Shown: positions 10,053 to 20,343, numbered from the stretch's first letter. The stretch is 64,000 nt of DNA from Desulfomonilia bacterium (GCA_050014195.1 JBEKDT010000018.1:31686-95685), one strand, 5' to 3'. Made by a program: numbers and translations. The notes: a model not told the origin generated them from the letters alone.

Positions 10053-11318
10053 ATGCAGCAAACCCTCTCGGCAATACGAACTCATATGGTCTTTCTCTTA
10101 ACCGTAAGTGCGATCCTCACCACCCTGATCGGTATTACGGGATGCGGTAGCGGAGGCGGGCCTGCTATTGCTAAACCCGAAGGCTCTTATAAAGTCGGGT
10201 ATTTCATTGATAGCCCTGTGGAGGGACTGCAATATAAAACACCCTCTTGGTCCGGCCTCACGGATTCAAAAGGTAGCTTCAACTATCAAGACGGAGAAGA
10301 GATAACCTTTTCTCTTGGTACTGTTATTCTTGGACAAACACAGGCGAAAGGAATTATCACCCCTGTAGACCTTGACAGTGCGAACCCAACAACTTCAAGT
10401 ACAAAAGTTATCAACATTTCACGGTTGCTGATAACTCTCGATCAAGACGGTAATCCTGATAATGGCATAACAATAACCCAGAGCGTCAGAGATGCACTGA
10501 AGGGAATCAACGTAGATTTAACTAACCCGAATATTGATAACAGTGCAGGAATCCAAGAAATGTTCAAGCGGTTGAATGGTCTCGGGATCTATCCAGAAGA
10601 AGTTACCGGGCTCGTATCTGCTGATGTTGCACAGAACCATCTTGAGAATTCCTTAAGCCAGATCGCGGCAGAAGATGAACAGGCGGCCGAAGCTCTCAAA
10701 AACTTGAAGATTCAACCGGCTATAGGCCTGCCATTCTCAAGCATTATCATGGTGCAGGGGCAGTCATTAAACCTTAAGGGCTCCATTTCCGGCGGTAAAG
10801 CACCTTATACCTACTCATGGAGTATCAACGATGAGAAGCCCTTTTCAACAAAGCAAAGCCCAGGCAATCTCACCTTCAAGGCACAAGGTTCCTATACCCT
10901 CACATTCACCGCATCAGATAGCACCGGCGATACAAAGACGGATGTGCGCCACATCACCGTATTCGGACCGGAAACCCAGGAGGGCCCCTTTCCAAGCGAT
11001 TCCATCCCTTCGGCATCGATCCTCTCCCCCACTCAGGGTACAATAATAAAGGCAGGGAGCACCGTAAATATCCAAGCGATGATTTATAACGGCGATGTCC
11101 CATTATACTATGGCTTGAGTATGGGTGCTCCCGGTAACTCCTATACCCTCCAGAATGAGACCGTCGTTTGCGTTTCGCCTCGTACCTACCTTATTACGCA
11201 GGCTATGACCTTTACAGCACCCGGGACATACTCTATTGGAATTGCAGTACAAGATACGGGACAAAATGGTAAAACACCTGACTACAATGCCGCCAGCGGT
11301 GGGATTACCGTAGAGTAG
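10053..11318 (+). CDS. surface lipoprotein with PKD/Ig-like domains
   Basis: ITGC lipobox; DSPVEGLQY..TDSKGSF..DQDGNPDNGITI motif; YTYSW..GSYTLTFTASD PKD-like region. Confidence 0.75.
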   Translation: MQQTLSAIRTHMVFLLTVSAILTTLIGITGCGSGGGPAIAKPEGSYKVGYFIDSPVEGLQYKTPSWSGLTDSKGSFNYQDGEEITFSLGTVILGQTQAKGIITPVDLDSANPTTSSTKVINISRLLITLDQDGNPDNGITITQSVRDALKGINVDLTNPNIDNSAGIQEMFKRLNGLGIYPEEVTGLVSADVAQNHLENSLSQIAAEDEQAAEALKNLKIQPAIGLPFSSIIMVQGQSLNLKGSISGGKAPYTYSWSINDEKPFSTKQSPGNLTFKAQGSYTLTFTASDSTGDTKTDVRHITVFGPETQEGPFPSDSIPSASILSPTQGTIIKAGSTVNIQAMIYNGDVPLYYGLSMGAPGNSYTLQNETVVCVSPRTYLITQAMTFTAPGTYSIGIAVQDTGQNGKTPDYNAASGGITVE

Positions 11319-11434
11319 GCAAAAAACCATACCTTCTCCTTGAGAAGGAAACTTCAATTCAATATCAAGTATGGAAATCACTTTCCGGCTCTTGAAAGTA
11401 TTCATCTCCCTTCCGGGCTACTGGAAAAGTGATG

Positions 11435-11483
11435 TTGACAATGTATGAATATATCCGGTATAAAACCTTATAGTTTAACTTTA
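11435..11483 (+). promoter_or_regulatory. sigma70-like promoter plus palindromic operator
   Basis: TTGACA(11435)-18 bp-TATAAA(11459), followed by CTTATAGTTTAACTTTA, identical to 8953-8969. Confidence 0.75.
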
Positions 11484-11554
11484 ATCTTTATAACTTGCGT
11501 GGAGTATTATCGAAAGGTAGCCCTCTTAAAAAACAAATCATAGGGGAGTCATAT

Positions 11555-12694
11555 ATGAAGACACGTATAACTGAGCTCTTCGGCATCAAGCATCCCATCG
11601 TACTTTCCGGCATGAGCTGGATCAGCATTCCGAAGATGGTTGCAGCGGTATCCAATGCAGGCGGCCTGGGTATTTTGGCAACGGGGCCGTTTGATGCAGC
11701 ACAGACAAGGGATGCCATCAGGGAGATCAAGTCATTAACCAATAAACCGTTCGGAACAAACGCCACACTGCTCTTCCCCGGCGCCTCTGATAATGCACGG
11801 GTGGCGCTGGAAGAAAAGGTGCCGGTCATCAACTTCTCGCTGGGCAAAGGCGATTGGATTGTTAAGGCCGCCCATGAATACGGCGGCAAGGTTGTTGCCA
11901 CAGTAGTCAACCACAAGCATGCCAAGCGTGCCCAGGACTATGGGTGCGACGCACTGCTCGTAACCGGCCATGAGGCCGCAGCCCATGGCGGAGATGCCAC
12001 CACCTTCTGTCTTGTACCGAGCATTGCGAATGCGGTTAATATTCCCATCATCGCAGCAGGAGGCATTGCAGACGGAAGAGGTCTCGCGGCTGCCATTGCG
12101 CTGGGTGCCGATGCAGCGGCAATGGGTACAAGGCTCATGGCTACCAAAGAGAGTCCGCTCCACGAGAATTACAAACAACTCTCCATCCAGAAAGAGGTGT
12201 ATGATACCGTGTATTCGACCCGCTTTGACGGCCTTGGCTGCAGGGTGCTTGATACAAAGGCGGCCAGAGATGCTATCCGCCAAGGCCTGAACATCAGAAA
12301 GCTCCTTGAGGCACTGCCTAATTCTGTGAGCATAGCCGACCAGCTCCATCTCCCCTACTTTAAGCTCTTCCTCGGCGTTATGGCCTCAGGATGGAAGAAT
12401 GCCAGACAGCTTGCATTCATGGCGAATGCCTTCAAGGCAATACGGATTGCCACCGAGGATGGCGACATCAAGAAGGGTGTGCTCCCCGTAGGTCAGGCTA
12501 CAGGCTTAATGAGGGATATCCCGACCGTAGCGGAGGCTATCGAGCGGACAGTGAGAGAGGCCGAGGAGATTGTCATTCATCTGGCACGAATGTCGAACGG
12601 CTCTCCAAAGGTGTATGCAGCGCCTAACCCAAAACCCAAGGCAGCCAAAGCCCCCAGGAAGTCTGTATCCAGGAAGAAACCCAAAGAGCTCTAG
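11555..12694 (+). CDS. nitronate monooxygenase / FabK-like flavoenzyme
   Basis: PIVLSGM, AAVSNAGGLG, GHEAAAHGG, AAGGIADGRG, MGTRL; GGGGAG RBS before ATG 11555. Confidence 0.9.
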   Translation: MKTRITELFGIKHPIVLSGMSWISIPKMVAAVSNAGGLGILATGPFDAAQTRDAIREIKSLTNKPFGTNATLLFPGASDNARVALEEKVPVINFSLGKGDWIVKAAHEYGGKVVATVVNHKHAKRAQDYGCDALLVTGHEAAAHGGDATTFCLVPSIANAVNIPIIAAGGIADGRGLAAAIALGADAAAMGTRLMATKESPLHENYKQLSIQKEVYDTVYSTRFDGLGCRVLDTKAARDAIRQGLNIRKLLEALPNSVSIADQLHLPYFKLFLGVMASGWKNARQLAFMANAFKAIRIATEDGDIKKGVLPVGQATGLMRDIPTVAEAIERTVREAEEIVIHLARMSNGSPKVYAAPNPKPKAAKAPRKSVSRKKPKEL

Positions 12695-12713
12695 AATTAT
12701 CCGTCAAAATGTG

Positions 12714-12757
12714 AAAAGCGGTCATGCCCCCCTTGGAGGGCATAACCGCTTTCTTTT
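12714..12757. terminator. bidirectional intrinsic terminator
   Basis: AAAAGCGGTCATGCCC-loop-GGGCATAACCGCTTTCTTTT between convergent genes. Confidence 0.8.
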
Positions 12758-12765
12758 ATCGAAGT

Positions 12766-13755
12766 TTATTGGACTAGGGTTGATGTCTTTTTCAGGCAGG
12801 TAATTGCATCATCATGCATCTTTTTCATCAGTTCGCTACAACTGATTACATCGTGAATATGACCAATGGATTGTCCCACCATCATAGGTGCATCCTCCAC
12901 ATCTCCGGTCTCCCAGGCCCTTTTAATACGCTGCCCGGCGATAAGCGGAATGAGGGCTTCGATCCCCTTGCCCGCTGCTTCAGCGGTAAGTACCTCTAAA
13001 ATAATCTTGTTCTTCAAGGCCCTGCCCTGAAGCCCGATAGTCTTGCACATGATGGTGGTCTCGTATTCCTGGCGTTTGATGAGTTCTTGCTTGATATTAT
13101 CATGCACATCACATTCTTTTGTGGCAATAAACCTGCTTGCCATCATGACGCCTTGCGCCCCAAGGGTGAGTGCTGCAGCCAAAGACCTGCCGTCGGCAAT
13201 GCCTCCAACCGTGACGACCGGAATCTTGACGGAATCGACAATCCTCGGGGTGAGAACCATGGTAGTGACATCATCTCCAAGCGGGTGCCCTCCCTCCTCG
13301 AAACCGGCGGCGTATACGCCATCGTAGCCGGCCTTTTGTGCGTGGACAGCATGCCTCACCGAACCCACCTTATGAAACAACTTCACTCCGGCATTTTTTA
13401 ACTCTTCAAAGGTCTTTTTGCCGAGTGCCTTGTCCAGGGGGGTACCTGAGACCTCGATACCGGCAACGCGCTCTTCTCTGCACACCTTGGCATACATGGC
13501 ATGATGCTCCGAGGTAATGCGTACCGATGGAAGTATGGTGATGCCCACCATAAAGGGTTTGTCCGTGAGCTTCCTCACCTCTTTTATTGCAGCCCTGAAC
13601 TGCTCTTCGGTCTCAAAATTACCCGCTGTAAGGTTGCCCATACCCCCGGCATTTGAAATGGCTGCACACAGTTTCGGTGTACAAAGCCACATCATGGCAC
13701 CGCAGATAACAGGGTATTCAATGCCGAACATATCCGTAATGGCGGTCTTGATCAT
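12766..13755 (-). CDS. nitronate monooxygenase / FabK-like flavoenzyme (paralog)
   Basis: AAISNAGGMG, GFEEGGHP, GGIADGR, MASRF, MVGQSIG. Confidence 0.9.
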   Translation of the reverse strand: MIKTAITDMFGIEYPVICGAMMWLCTPKLCAAISNAGGMGNLTAGNFETEEQFRAAIKEVRKLTDKPFMVGITILPSVRITSEHHAMYAKVCREERVAGIEVSGTPLDKALGKKTFEELKNAGVKLFHKVGSVRHAVHAQKAGYDGVYAAGFEEGGHPLGDDVTTMVLTPRIVDSVKIPVVTVGGIADGRSLAAALTLGAQGVMMASRFIATKECDVHDNIKQELIKRQEYETTIMCKTIGLQGRALKNKIILEVLTAEAAGKGIEALIPLIAGQRIKRAWETGDVEDAPMMVGQSIGHIHDVISCSELMKKMHDDAITCLKKTSTLVQ

Positions 13756-13780
13756 GTTTCCCCCTCTGGATATAAAAGGT

Positions 13781-13835
13781 TAAAGTTGTACTTTATGCTT
13801 TAGTATTCGTACACGCATCCCCCCACCTGTGTCAA
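13781..13835 (-). promoter_or_regulatory. palindromic operator and -35 box
   Basis: TAAAGT-TGT-ACTTTA at 13781-13795; TTGACA on the minus strand at 13830-13835. Confidence 0.65.
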
Positions 13836-13997
13836 TATTTTTTTGCAAGAGAGTGTCTCATGAAAATTATTCAATGCGCTTCATATCAAGCTTTTACAAA
13901 CTCTTCATTCTGTGTTCTTGCATAACAGCAGAAACTTGTCCTTTGTATAACCCTATGGTAGGTTTATCCGGCACATCGGATAAAGGGGGTACATCTT

Positions 13998-15209
13998 TTG
14001 AAATATAGGTTCTCAACAAACGATTATTTTATTTATCTCCTGAGTTATGTCTTCTTCTTTCTCTATATAGCCGATGCCCAAGCATTTTTTATCATCCCCT
14101 TTCTCAGAGATATTCCATCCTGGATTTATCTCATCATAGCTATTGCACTCAATGTATGGGTCCTCCCTTTACCCGGCATTCACCCCAGGTTGCCGAAACC
14201 ACCCGAGGTAGAGGGGCTTCCTGCCCCGCTTGAGGCCCCTGCCCTGCCGGAAAAGCCCGCTGAACGTGAAAAAAAGGCCCCACCCAAACCAACACCGGAA
14301 GAAAAACTCGGCAAAGGTTTATCGAAAACGCACAAGGGGTTCATCGATAGAATATCCGCAGTATTTAAGCGGTCATCTTCCCTTGATCAAGGTTTGCTTA
14401 TTGAGCTTGAAGAGACTCTCGTGGGCACCGACATCGGTGTAAGAACCGCCTATGCACTCTTCGAGTCAGTCCAGAAAAAGGCCGCCTCATTGAACGGCCC
14501 TGATTCGGCCTTGAGAGCCATCCGGGAAGAGGTCGAGACCATCCTTGAAAAACGGGAGTCACCCCTTGAAATTCCTGAAGGCGTTAAGCCTTTTGTCATG
14601 ATGGTGACCGGGGTAAACGGTTCAGGTAAGACAACCACTATCGCCAAGATCGCCTATCATTTGAAAAACGAAGGTAAATCGGTAGTGATTGCATCAGGCG
14701 ACACATTTCGAGCCGCAGCAATAGAGCAGCTCGAACACTGGGCCAATAAGGTAGGGGTCGATTTCGTCAAGGCCCAGGAAGGTGCCGACCCCTCATCCGT
14801 CGCCTTTGACGGTCTACAGGCTGCCATCGCCAGAAATCATGATGTACTCATCATCGATACGGCCGGCAGGCTCCATACCAAAGAGAATCTCATGGAGGAA
14901 TTGAAGAAGACACAGAGGGTTCTTGGAAAGAAATACGAAGGCGCACCCCATGAGATCCTCCTTGTGCTTGATGCCACCATCGGCCAGAACGCCATCGAGC
15001 AAACAAGGCAGTTCAACAATGCCCTTACGGTTACCGGCATTGCTCTGACCAAACTGGATGGATCATCCAAGGGAGGCGTGATCGTGGGTATTGCCAATGA
15101 GTTCGAGATACCCATACGTTTCATCGGTATCGGCGAGGATATGGACGATCTCCAGCCGTTTCATGCGAAAAGTTTTGTAAATGCCCTCTTCCTTGACAAT
15201 GAGTCTTAG
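13998..15209 (+). CDS. ftsY: signal recognition particle receptor with hydrophobic N-terminus
   Basis: GVNGSGKTTT, DTFRAAA, DTAGR, TKLDG, GIGE; start codon uncertain. Confidence 0.95.
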   Translation: MKYRFSTNDYFIYLLSYVFFFLYIADAQAFFIIPFLRDIPSWIYLIIAIALNVWVLPLPGIHPRLPKPPEVEGLPAPLEAPALPEKPAEREKKAPPKPTPEEKLGKGLSKTHKGFIDRISAVFKRSSSLDQGLLIELEETLVGTDIGVRTAYALFESVQKKAASLNGPDSALRAIREEVETILEKRESPLEIPEGVKPFVMMVTGVNGSGKTTTIAKIAYHLKNEGKSVVIASGDTFRAAAIEQLEHWANKVGVDFVKAQEGADPSSVAFDGLQAAIARNHDVLIIDTAGRLHTKENLMEELKKTQRVLGKKYEGAPHEILLVLDATIGQNAIEQTRQFNNALTVTGIALTKLDGSSKGGVIVGIANEFEIPIRFIGIGEDMDDLQPFHAKSFVNALFLDNES

Positions 15210-15227
15210 GGCTCAGGTAGTTAGGTT

Positions 15228-16226
15228 ATGCTGAAGATTCCTAAAAAAAGGCTCAAGCTTATCTTCGATGCCATGAAGTCAAAGTGCATCATGGTTATCG
15301 GCGATCTCATGCTGGATGAATACATCTGGGGTAAAGTGGAACGCATCTCACCAGAGGCCCCGGTCCCCGTGGTAGAGGTACAAAGCGAACTCTTTAAGCT
15401 CGGCGGGGCCGGAAACGTTGCAAACAACTTATTGGGCCTAGGGGCGCAGGTAATCATCATTGCAGTAAAAGGCAGTGACCGCCATGGCGATATCCTCCAG
15501 GGTATCCTTACAGACTTGAAAATTTCAACCGATTCCATCTTCACCGACCACAAGCGGGGCACTACGGTAAAGACCCGGATCATTGCTCACACCCAGCAGG
15601 TGGCTAGGATCGACAAGGAAAATACATCTTTAATCACGGATGCCATGCTGAAAAAAATAGTCTCCTCATACCGGGACCGCCTGAAAAAGATCGATGCACT
15701 CATCATCTCCGACTATGGCAAGGGGATGGTGAGCAAAAAACTTATAAACCAGGTAGTTCCCCTTGCCCGTGCTCACGGCATCCCGGTATGCGTAGATCCC
15801 AAGGAAAGAAATTTCCCCCATTATAAGAATGTGAGCGTCATCACCCCGAATATCAAAGAACTGGGCTTTGGGGCGGGCATTAAAATCGAGGATTACGATC
15901 ACATCATCCAGGCGGCGCGGAAGGTTAAGGACATGCTTCACTGCAACATGATCCTGGTGACCAGAGGGGAACATGGGATGAGTCTGTTTGCCGAGGATAG
16001 TGATCCCACTGATATCCCTACCACCGCCAAGGCAGTATTCGATGTCACCGGCGCAGGTGATACCGTTATTGCGTGTTTCACCCTGGCACTGGCATCAGGC
16101 GCCACCCCCAAGGAAGCAGCCATCATCGCCAACGTTGCGGCAGGACTTGTAGTAGCACAGGTCGGTGCCGCGAGCGTGCCCTGGGAGAAGCTCAAAAAGG
16201 TATGCATGGAGGAGATCGGTGGGTAA
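15228..16226 (+). CDS. rfaE1: D-glycero-beta-D-manno-heptose-7-phosphate kinase (RfaE domain I)
   Basis: GDLMLDEY, RISPEAPVP, GGAGNVA, SDYGKG, DVTGAGDT. Confidence 0.92.
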   Translation: MLKIPKKRLKLIFDAMKSKCIMVIGDLMLDEYIWGKVERISPEAPVPVVEVQSELFKLGGAGNVANNLLGLGAQVIIIAVKGSDRHGDILQGILTDLKISTDSIFTDHKRGTTVKTRIIAHTQQVARIDKENTSLITDAMLKKIVSSYRDRLKKIDALIISDYGKGMVSKKLINQVVPLARAHGIPVCVDPKERNFPHYKNVSVITPNIKELGFGAGIKIEDYDHIIQAARKVKDMLHCNMILVTRGEHGMSLFAEDSDPTDIPTTAKAVFDVTGAGDTVIACFTLALASGATPKEAAIIANVAAGLVVAQVGAASVPWEKLKKVCMEEIGG

Positions 16227-16755
16227 GGTGTCCTTCCCTGAAAAGGTCATGCTTTTCAGCAGCATGATCTATAATAATGAGAAGTCGCCAGTGGAGAAGG
16301 CAATTTCATTACTGAAAGAGCAATTCGGCCAGACTATCATGACTACCGAAGCCATGCCTTTTACCTACACTGATTATTACTGCAAGGAGATGGGGTCTCC
16401 CCTTTATCGGCTTATCCTTGCATTCTCTGAGCTCGTGAAGAGAGACTCCCTGCCCGAGATAAAAATGAAAACAAATAAGATGGAAAACGATTTTCTTGAA
16501 GAAGGAAAAAGAAGGATTAACCTCGACCCGGGACTCATCACCTTGGAGAATATATGCCTTGCCACAACAAAACCCTTCACCCACCGTATCTATCTCGGCA
16601 AAGGCATATGGGCTGAGATCACCCTCATATACCGGGGGGAATCTTACCGGAGACTGGAATGGACTTACCCTGATTATGGGTCTGATGAACTCATCGGGAT
16701 CTTCAACAACCTCAGGGAGACATATAGGAGGAGGCTGAGATGCCAAGAAGCATGA
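16219..16755 (+). CDS. DUF4416 family protein
   Basis: FTYTDYY..EMG, RRINLDPG, LATTK..HRIYL..GI..E..L, WTYPDY; GTG start after GGAG. Confidence 0.8.
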   Translation: MGKVSFPEKVMLFSSMIYNNEKSPVEKAISLLKEQFGQTIMTTEAMPFTYTDYYCKEMGSPLYRLILAFSELVKRDSLPEIKMKTNKMENDFLEEGKRRINLDPGLITLENICLATTKPFTHRIYLGKGIWAEITLIYRGESYRRLEWTYPDYGSDELIGIFNNLRETYRRRLRCQEA

Positions 16756-17603
16756 CAGGGTTCGGTCAGGCCGATGCCCACGGATATCATGTGGAGATCA
16801 AGGGGGTCAACCATCGATACAAGGATATACGGGTAAAGATGCCCAAAGACCTTTCAGCCTTTGAAATACCGGTTCGAGATATGGTTTCTGAGGCGGTCCA
16901 CAGAGGGAAGGTGGACGTAACGGTCACGAAAAGCACTACCGGCAATGCCCAGGAGAAAATGGCCATCAACTGGGAGCTGGCAAAGGCATACTTTGAAGAC
17001 CTCCGCACCATGGCGAATGCCTTTGGAGGTGAGGTGACCTTCCGCGATGTCCTCCTCATTCCGGGGATATTCAGCGAGGGACCGGATCGGATTGAAGATC
17101 CATTGCCCCTCATCGCTCAGGCGCTCAGAGAGGCCCTTGGATCATTCTCCAACGCACGAGAGAATGAAGGAATGAACTTAACAAAAGATATTCTTTTCCG
17201 GGTCGGGCACTTGCATGAAATGGCCGAGTCTATGAAAAAACTTGCATCAGATATGACAAACGTATATAAAGACAGGCTGCATGCCAATTTAAACGCACTT
17301 CTCTCAGACAAGTCAAGTATGATTGATGATGTTCGTCTGGAGCAGGAAGTGGCGTTACTGGCAGATAAAAGCGATATCACCGAAGAATTGGTGCGGCTGA
17401 ACAGCCATACACGTGTACTTGAGGAGACGATCACTACCCAGACAGGTTCTATCGGCAGACACACTGATTTCATCCTTCAGGAGATCAACCGGGAGATAAA
17501 CACTATCGGGTCAAAGAGCCAGATCAATGCCTTGAGCCGCATCGTGATTGATGCAAAGACGGAAATGGAAAAAATCAGAGAACAGGTTCAAAATATTGAA
17601 TAG
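16740..17603 (+). CDS. yicC: YicC/YloC family endoribonuclease
   Basis: RSMTGFG, EIKGVNHRY, DITEELVRL, QEINREINTIGSK, IREQVQNIE. Confidence 0.93.
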   Translation: MPRSMTGFGQADAHGYHVEIKGVNHRYKDIRVKMPKDLSAFEIPVRDMVSEAVHRGKVDVTVTKSTTGNAQEKMAINWELAKAYFEDLRTMANAFGGEVTFRDVLLIPGIFSEGPDRIEDPLPLIAQALREALGSFSNARENEGMNLTKDILFRVGHLHEMAESMKKLASDMTNVYKDRLHANLNALLSDKSSMIDDVRLEQEVALLADKSDITEELVRLNSHTRVLEETITTQTGSIGRHTDFILQEINREINTIGSKSQINALSRIVIDAKTEMEKIREQVQNIE

Positions 17604-17633
17604 TAAATGGTTGAGGGAGAAAGGAGAGCGGGT

Positions 17634-17918
17634 ATGGGCAAACTTGACACCAGACTTCTCAATATCGGCTTTAACAATGGGGTGGTAGCATCAAGAATCA
17701 TTGCAATTGTTAATCCATCATCTTCTCCAATGAAACGCCTCAGAGAAGAAGCCAAGGAGAGAGGTCAACTGATCGACGCAACCCAGGGAAGGAAGACGAG
17801 ATCCATTATTATTACCGATAGTTCCCATGTTATTCTGAGCGCGATTCAGGCAGAAACAATCTCAAACCGCCTTTACGACGGGGGTGGCCAGAAAGAGAAT
17901 ATTGCACTGAAGGAGTAG
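17634..17918 (+). CDS. remA: RemA (DUF370) family regulator
   Basis: [38 protein letters not shown]. Confidence 0.9.
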   Translation: MGKLDTRLLNIGFNNGVVASRIIAIVNPSSSPMKRLREEAKERGQLIDATQGRKTRSIIITDSSHVILSAIQAETISNRLYDGGGQKENIALKE

Positions 17919-17920
17919 CA

Positions 17921-18517
17921 GTGAGGATTTTCATCTCCGGTCCTTCCGGTGTTGGGAAATCAACTATCATCAAAGAAATACTTGCAACGAATCCTGATAT
18001 GGTTCTCTCAGTTTCCTACACAACCCGTCCTCCCAGGACAGGTGAGAGGGATGGCTTCGATTATTTCTTTGTTTCCAGGGAATCGTTTGAAGAAATGATC
18101 AAGACGAATTCATTCCTGGAATGGGCTAACGTGCATGACCATCTCTATGGGACATCTTTGCAATGGATCGAATCAAAAGAACACGTTGGGTTAAGCGTCC
18201 TCTTTGATATCGACGTGCAGGGGGTTATGCAGGCGAAAGAAAAGGGATCACCCGGATGCTTCATATTCATCATTCCCCCCGATATGGAGGAGCTTGCAAA
18301 GCGCCTGAGCGGCCGGGGAACGGAAGAACCCCAGGCAGTAAAGCTCAGACTCGAGAATGCAAAGAAAGAGCTTAAGTATTGGGACATGTATGACTATCTT
18401 GTGGTAAATGATTCCCTGGAGAGGACGATTGAGGACATCTCCACGATCATGAAGGCCTATAGATCCTCAAAAGAGATAGTTATCGGGGAACTTCAATGGC
18501 TCAGAACAATCGCATAA
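17921..18517 (+). CDS. gmk: guanylate kinase
   Basis: SGPSGVGKST, SVSYTTRPPR, DYFF, YGT, DIDVQG. Confidence 0.95.
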   Translation: MRIFISGPSGVGKSTIIKEILATNPDMVLSVSYTTRPPRTGERDGFDYFFVSRESFEEMIKTNSFLEWANVHDHLYGTSLQWIESKEHVGLSVLFDIDVQGVMQAKEKGSPGCFIFIIPPDMEELAKRLSGRGTEEPQAVKLRLENAKKELKYWDMYDYLVVNDSLERTIEDISTIMKAYRSSKEIVIGELQWLRTIA

Positions 18518-19212
18518 TCTTCGCGCTGGATGTCGGCAATATGGACTCTGCCAGGCATTGGATCCGCACCCTTATGGGGCATGTCGGATGGTTTAAGGTG
18601 GGTCTTGAACTCTTCACCGCCGTCGGCCCGGATGTTGTGAAGCTCGTGAAGGACAGCGGTATCAAATGCTTCCTCGACCTCAAGCTCCATGACATTCCGA
18701 ACACCGTTGCCGGTGCCGTCAAGTCGGCTGTAAGAACGGGAGCGGACATGATGACAATCCATCTCTCCGGCGGAAGGGCCATGGTAACTGCCGCACTGAC
18801 GGCTGCTCAAGATGAGTCACAAGCCCTTGGCATTGAGAGACCAAAGATTGTGGGGGTAAGTGTCCTCACCTCATTAAGCGGTGAAGATCTCAAAGAGATC
18901 GGGGTAGACAAGGCCCCTTCCGAGCAGGTGGAACATCTTGCACGATTTGCAGCCTCCTGTGGTACTGATGCCCTGGTCTGCTCTGCAGAAGATCTCGCCC
19001 ATATCCGCTCGAACGTTCCCAAAGCCCTCATGCTCATCACCCCGGGGATAAGGCCCGGCTGGTCGCAAAAAGGAGATCAGAAGCGTATTGCCACGCCACG
19101 CTCAGCCCTGCAGGCAGGGGCTGATCTTCTGGTGATAGGCAGGCCCATCAGTGACTCACCGGACCCTGTAGGGGCTGTTCAAAAGATCACACACGAGATG
19201 GAAACCCCTTAG
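18496..19212 (+). CDS. pyrF: orotidine-5'-phosphate decarboxylase
   Basis: KVGLELF, FLDLKLHDIPNT, TPGIRP, DQKR, VIGRPI. Confidence 0.96.
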   Translation: MAQNNRIIFALDVGNMDSARHWIRTLMGHVGWFKVGLELFTAVGPDVVKLVKDSGIKCFLDLKLHDIPNTVAGAVKSAVRTGADMMTIHLSGGRAMVTAALTAAQDESQALGIERPKIVGVSVLTSLSGEDLKEIGVDKAPSEQVEHLARFAASCGTDALVCSAEDLAHIRSNVPKALMLITPGIRPGWSQKGDQKRIATPRSALQAGADLLVIGRPISDSPDPVGAVQKITHEMETP

Positions 19213-19306
19213 GGGAGCCGGTATTCTTATCACGAGAGAAAAACTAAGAGCACGTTCTTTTTGATGTTGTGTTGACCTCTTAACTGTTCTCCCCTATCGT
19301 GCATCC

Positions 19307-19837
19307 ATGTCTATCAGGATATGCGGCGGCAGATACCGTTCAATTCGTCTTGATTGTCCTGCTTCCCGCGTGCGGCCAACGACCGATCGCGTAAAAGAAG
19401 CGATATTCTCAACGCTGGTCCATGACCTTGAGGATTCTGTTGTCCTGGATCTTTTTGCAGGAAGCGGCAGCCTCGGGATTGAGGCCATAAGCAGGGGTGC
19501 ATCCCAGGTCACCTTTATTGAGAAATCAGGCGAATGCATCAAGGTCATCAAGCAAAACATCGAGACCATAGGGGCGCAGCAGCGCTCAATCATCATCAAG
19601 TCGGATGTCCGAACCTATATCAATACATGCCCCACATCCTTTGACCTGATATTCATGGACCCTCCTTACCATAAAGATCTTGCCTCACAATTGGCGCCTC
19701 ATGTATATAACCTCCTCAAGATTGGAGGGATATTGGTGGTGGAACACTCAATCAGAGAGGAGGTCCCCTTGGCTGTATGGAAATCGAAGCGATATGGGGA
19801 CACTGCAATCTCATATTTTATCAGGAGTGAGCAATGA
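19307..19837 (+). CDS. rsmD: 16S rRNA m2G966 methyltransferase
   Basis: RPTTDRVKEAIF, LDLFAGSGSLG, DPPY. Confidence 0.93.
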   Translation: MSIRICGGRYRSIRLDCPASRVRPTTDRVKEAIFSTLVHDLEDSVVLDLFAGSGSLGIEAISRGASQVTFIEKSGECIKVIKQNIETIGAQQRSIIIKSDVRTYINTCPTSFDLIFMDPPYHKDLASQLAPHVYNLLKIGGILVVEHSIREEVPLAVWKSKRYGDTAISYFIRSEQ

Positions 19838-20343
19838 AGAGGAAAAAAATCGCTGTCTGCCCCGGCTCCTTTGACCCCATCACCCATGGCCACCTTGATA
19901 TCGTGCGCCGAGGCCTGTGTGTGTTCGACAAGGTGATCATCGCAGTCGGCCATAACCCCCTGAAGCAGGATCTGTTCACCACGGATGAAAAAATCGAGAT
20001 GATTACAAAATCCGTAGAGGGAAATCCACGGATAGAGGTAGATTCATTCGAAGGCCTGCTTGTCGACTACCTCAAGAAGGTTGGTGCCTGTGCCATCCTG
20101 CGCGGCCTGAGGGTCATCTCGGATTTTGAGCTGGAGATGCAGCTCGCCCTCATGAATAGGAAGCTCTGCAAAGAAGCAGAGACGTTTTTCTTGATGACAG
20201 ACTACAACCACCTCTTTGTGAGCTCCACCATCGTCAAGGCAACAGCCGCGGCAGGCGGATCGGTCGAGGGCCTGATTCCGCAGCCCGCCCTGGAGAAACT
20301 CCTTGAGAAGTTCCACCATATAAATAATAAACAGCATCCGTAG
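19834..20343 (+). CDS. coaD: phosphopantetheine adenylyltransferase
   Basis: PGSFDPITHGH, RGLR..SDFE, SSTIVK. Confidence 0.96.
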   Translation: MKRKKIAVCPGSFDPITHGHLDIVRRGLCVFDKVIIAVGHNPLKQDLFTTDEKIEMITKSVEGNPRIEVDSFEGLLVDYLKKVGACAILRGLRVISDFELEMQLALMNRKLCKEAETFFLMTDYNHLFVSSTIVKATAAAGGSVEGLIPQPALEKLLEKFHHINNKQHP

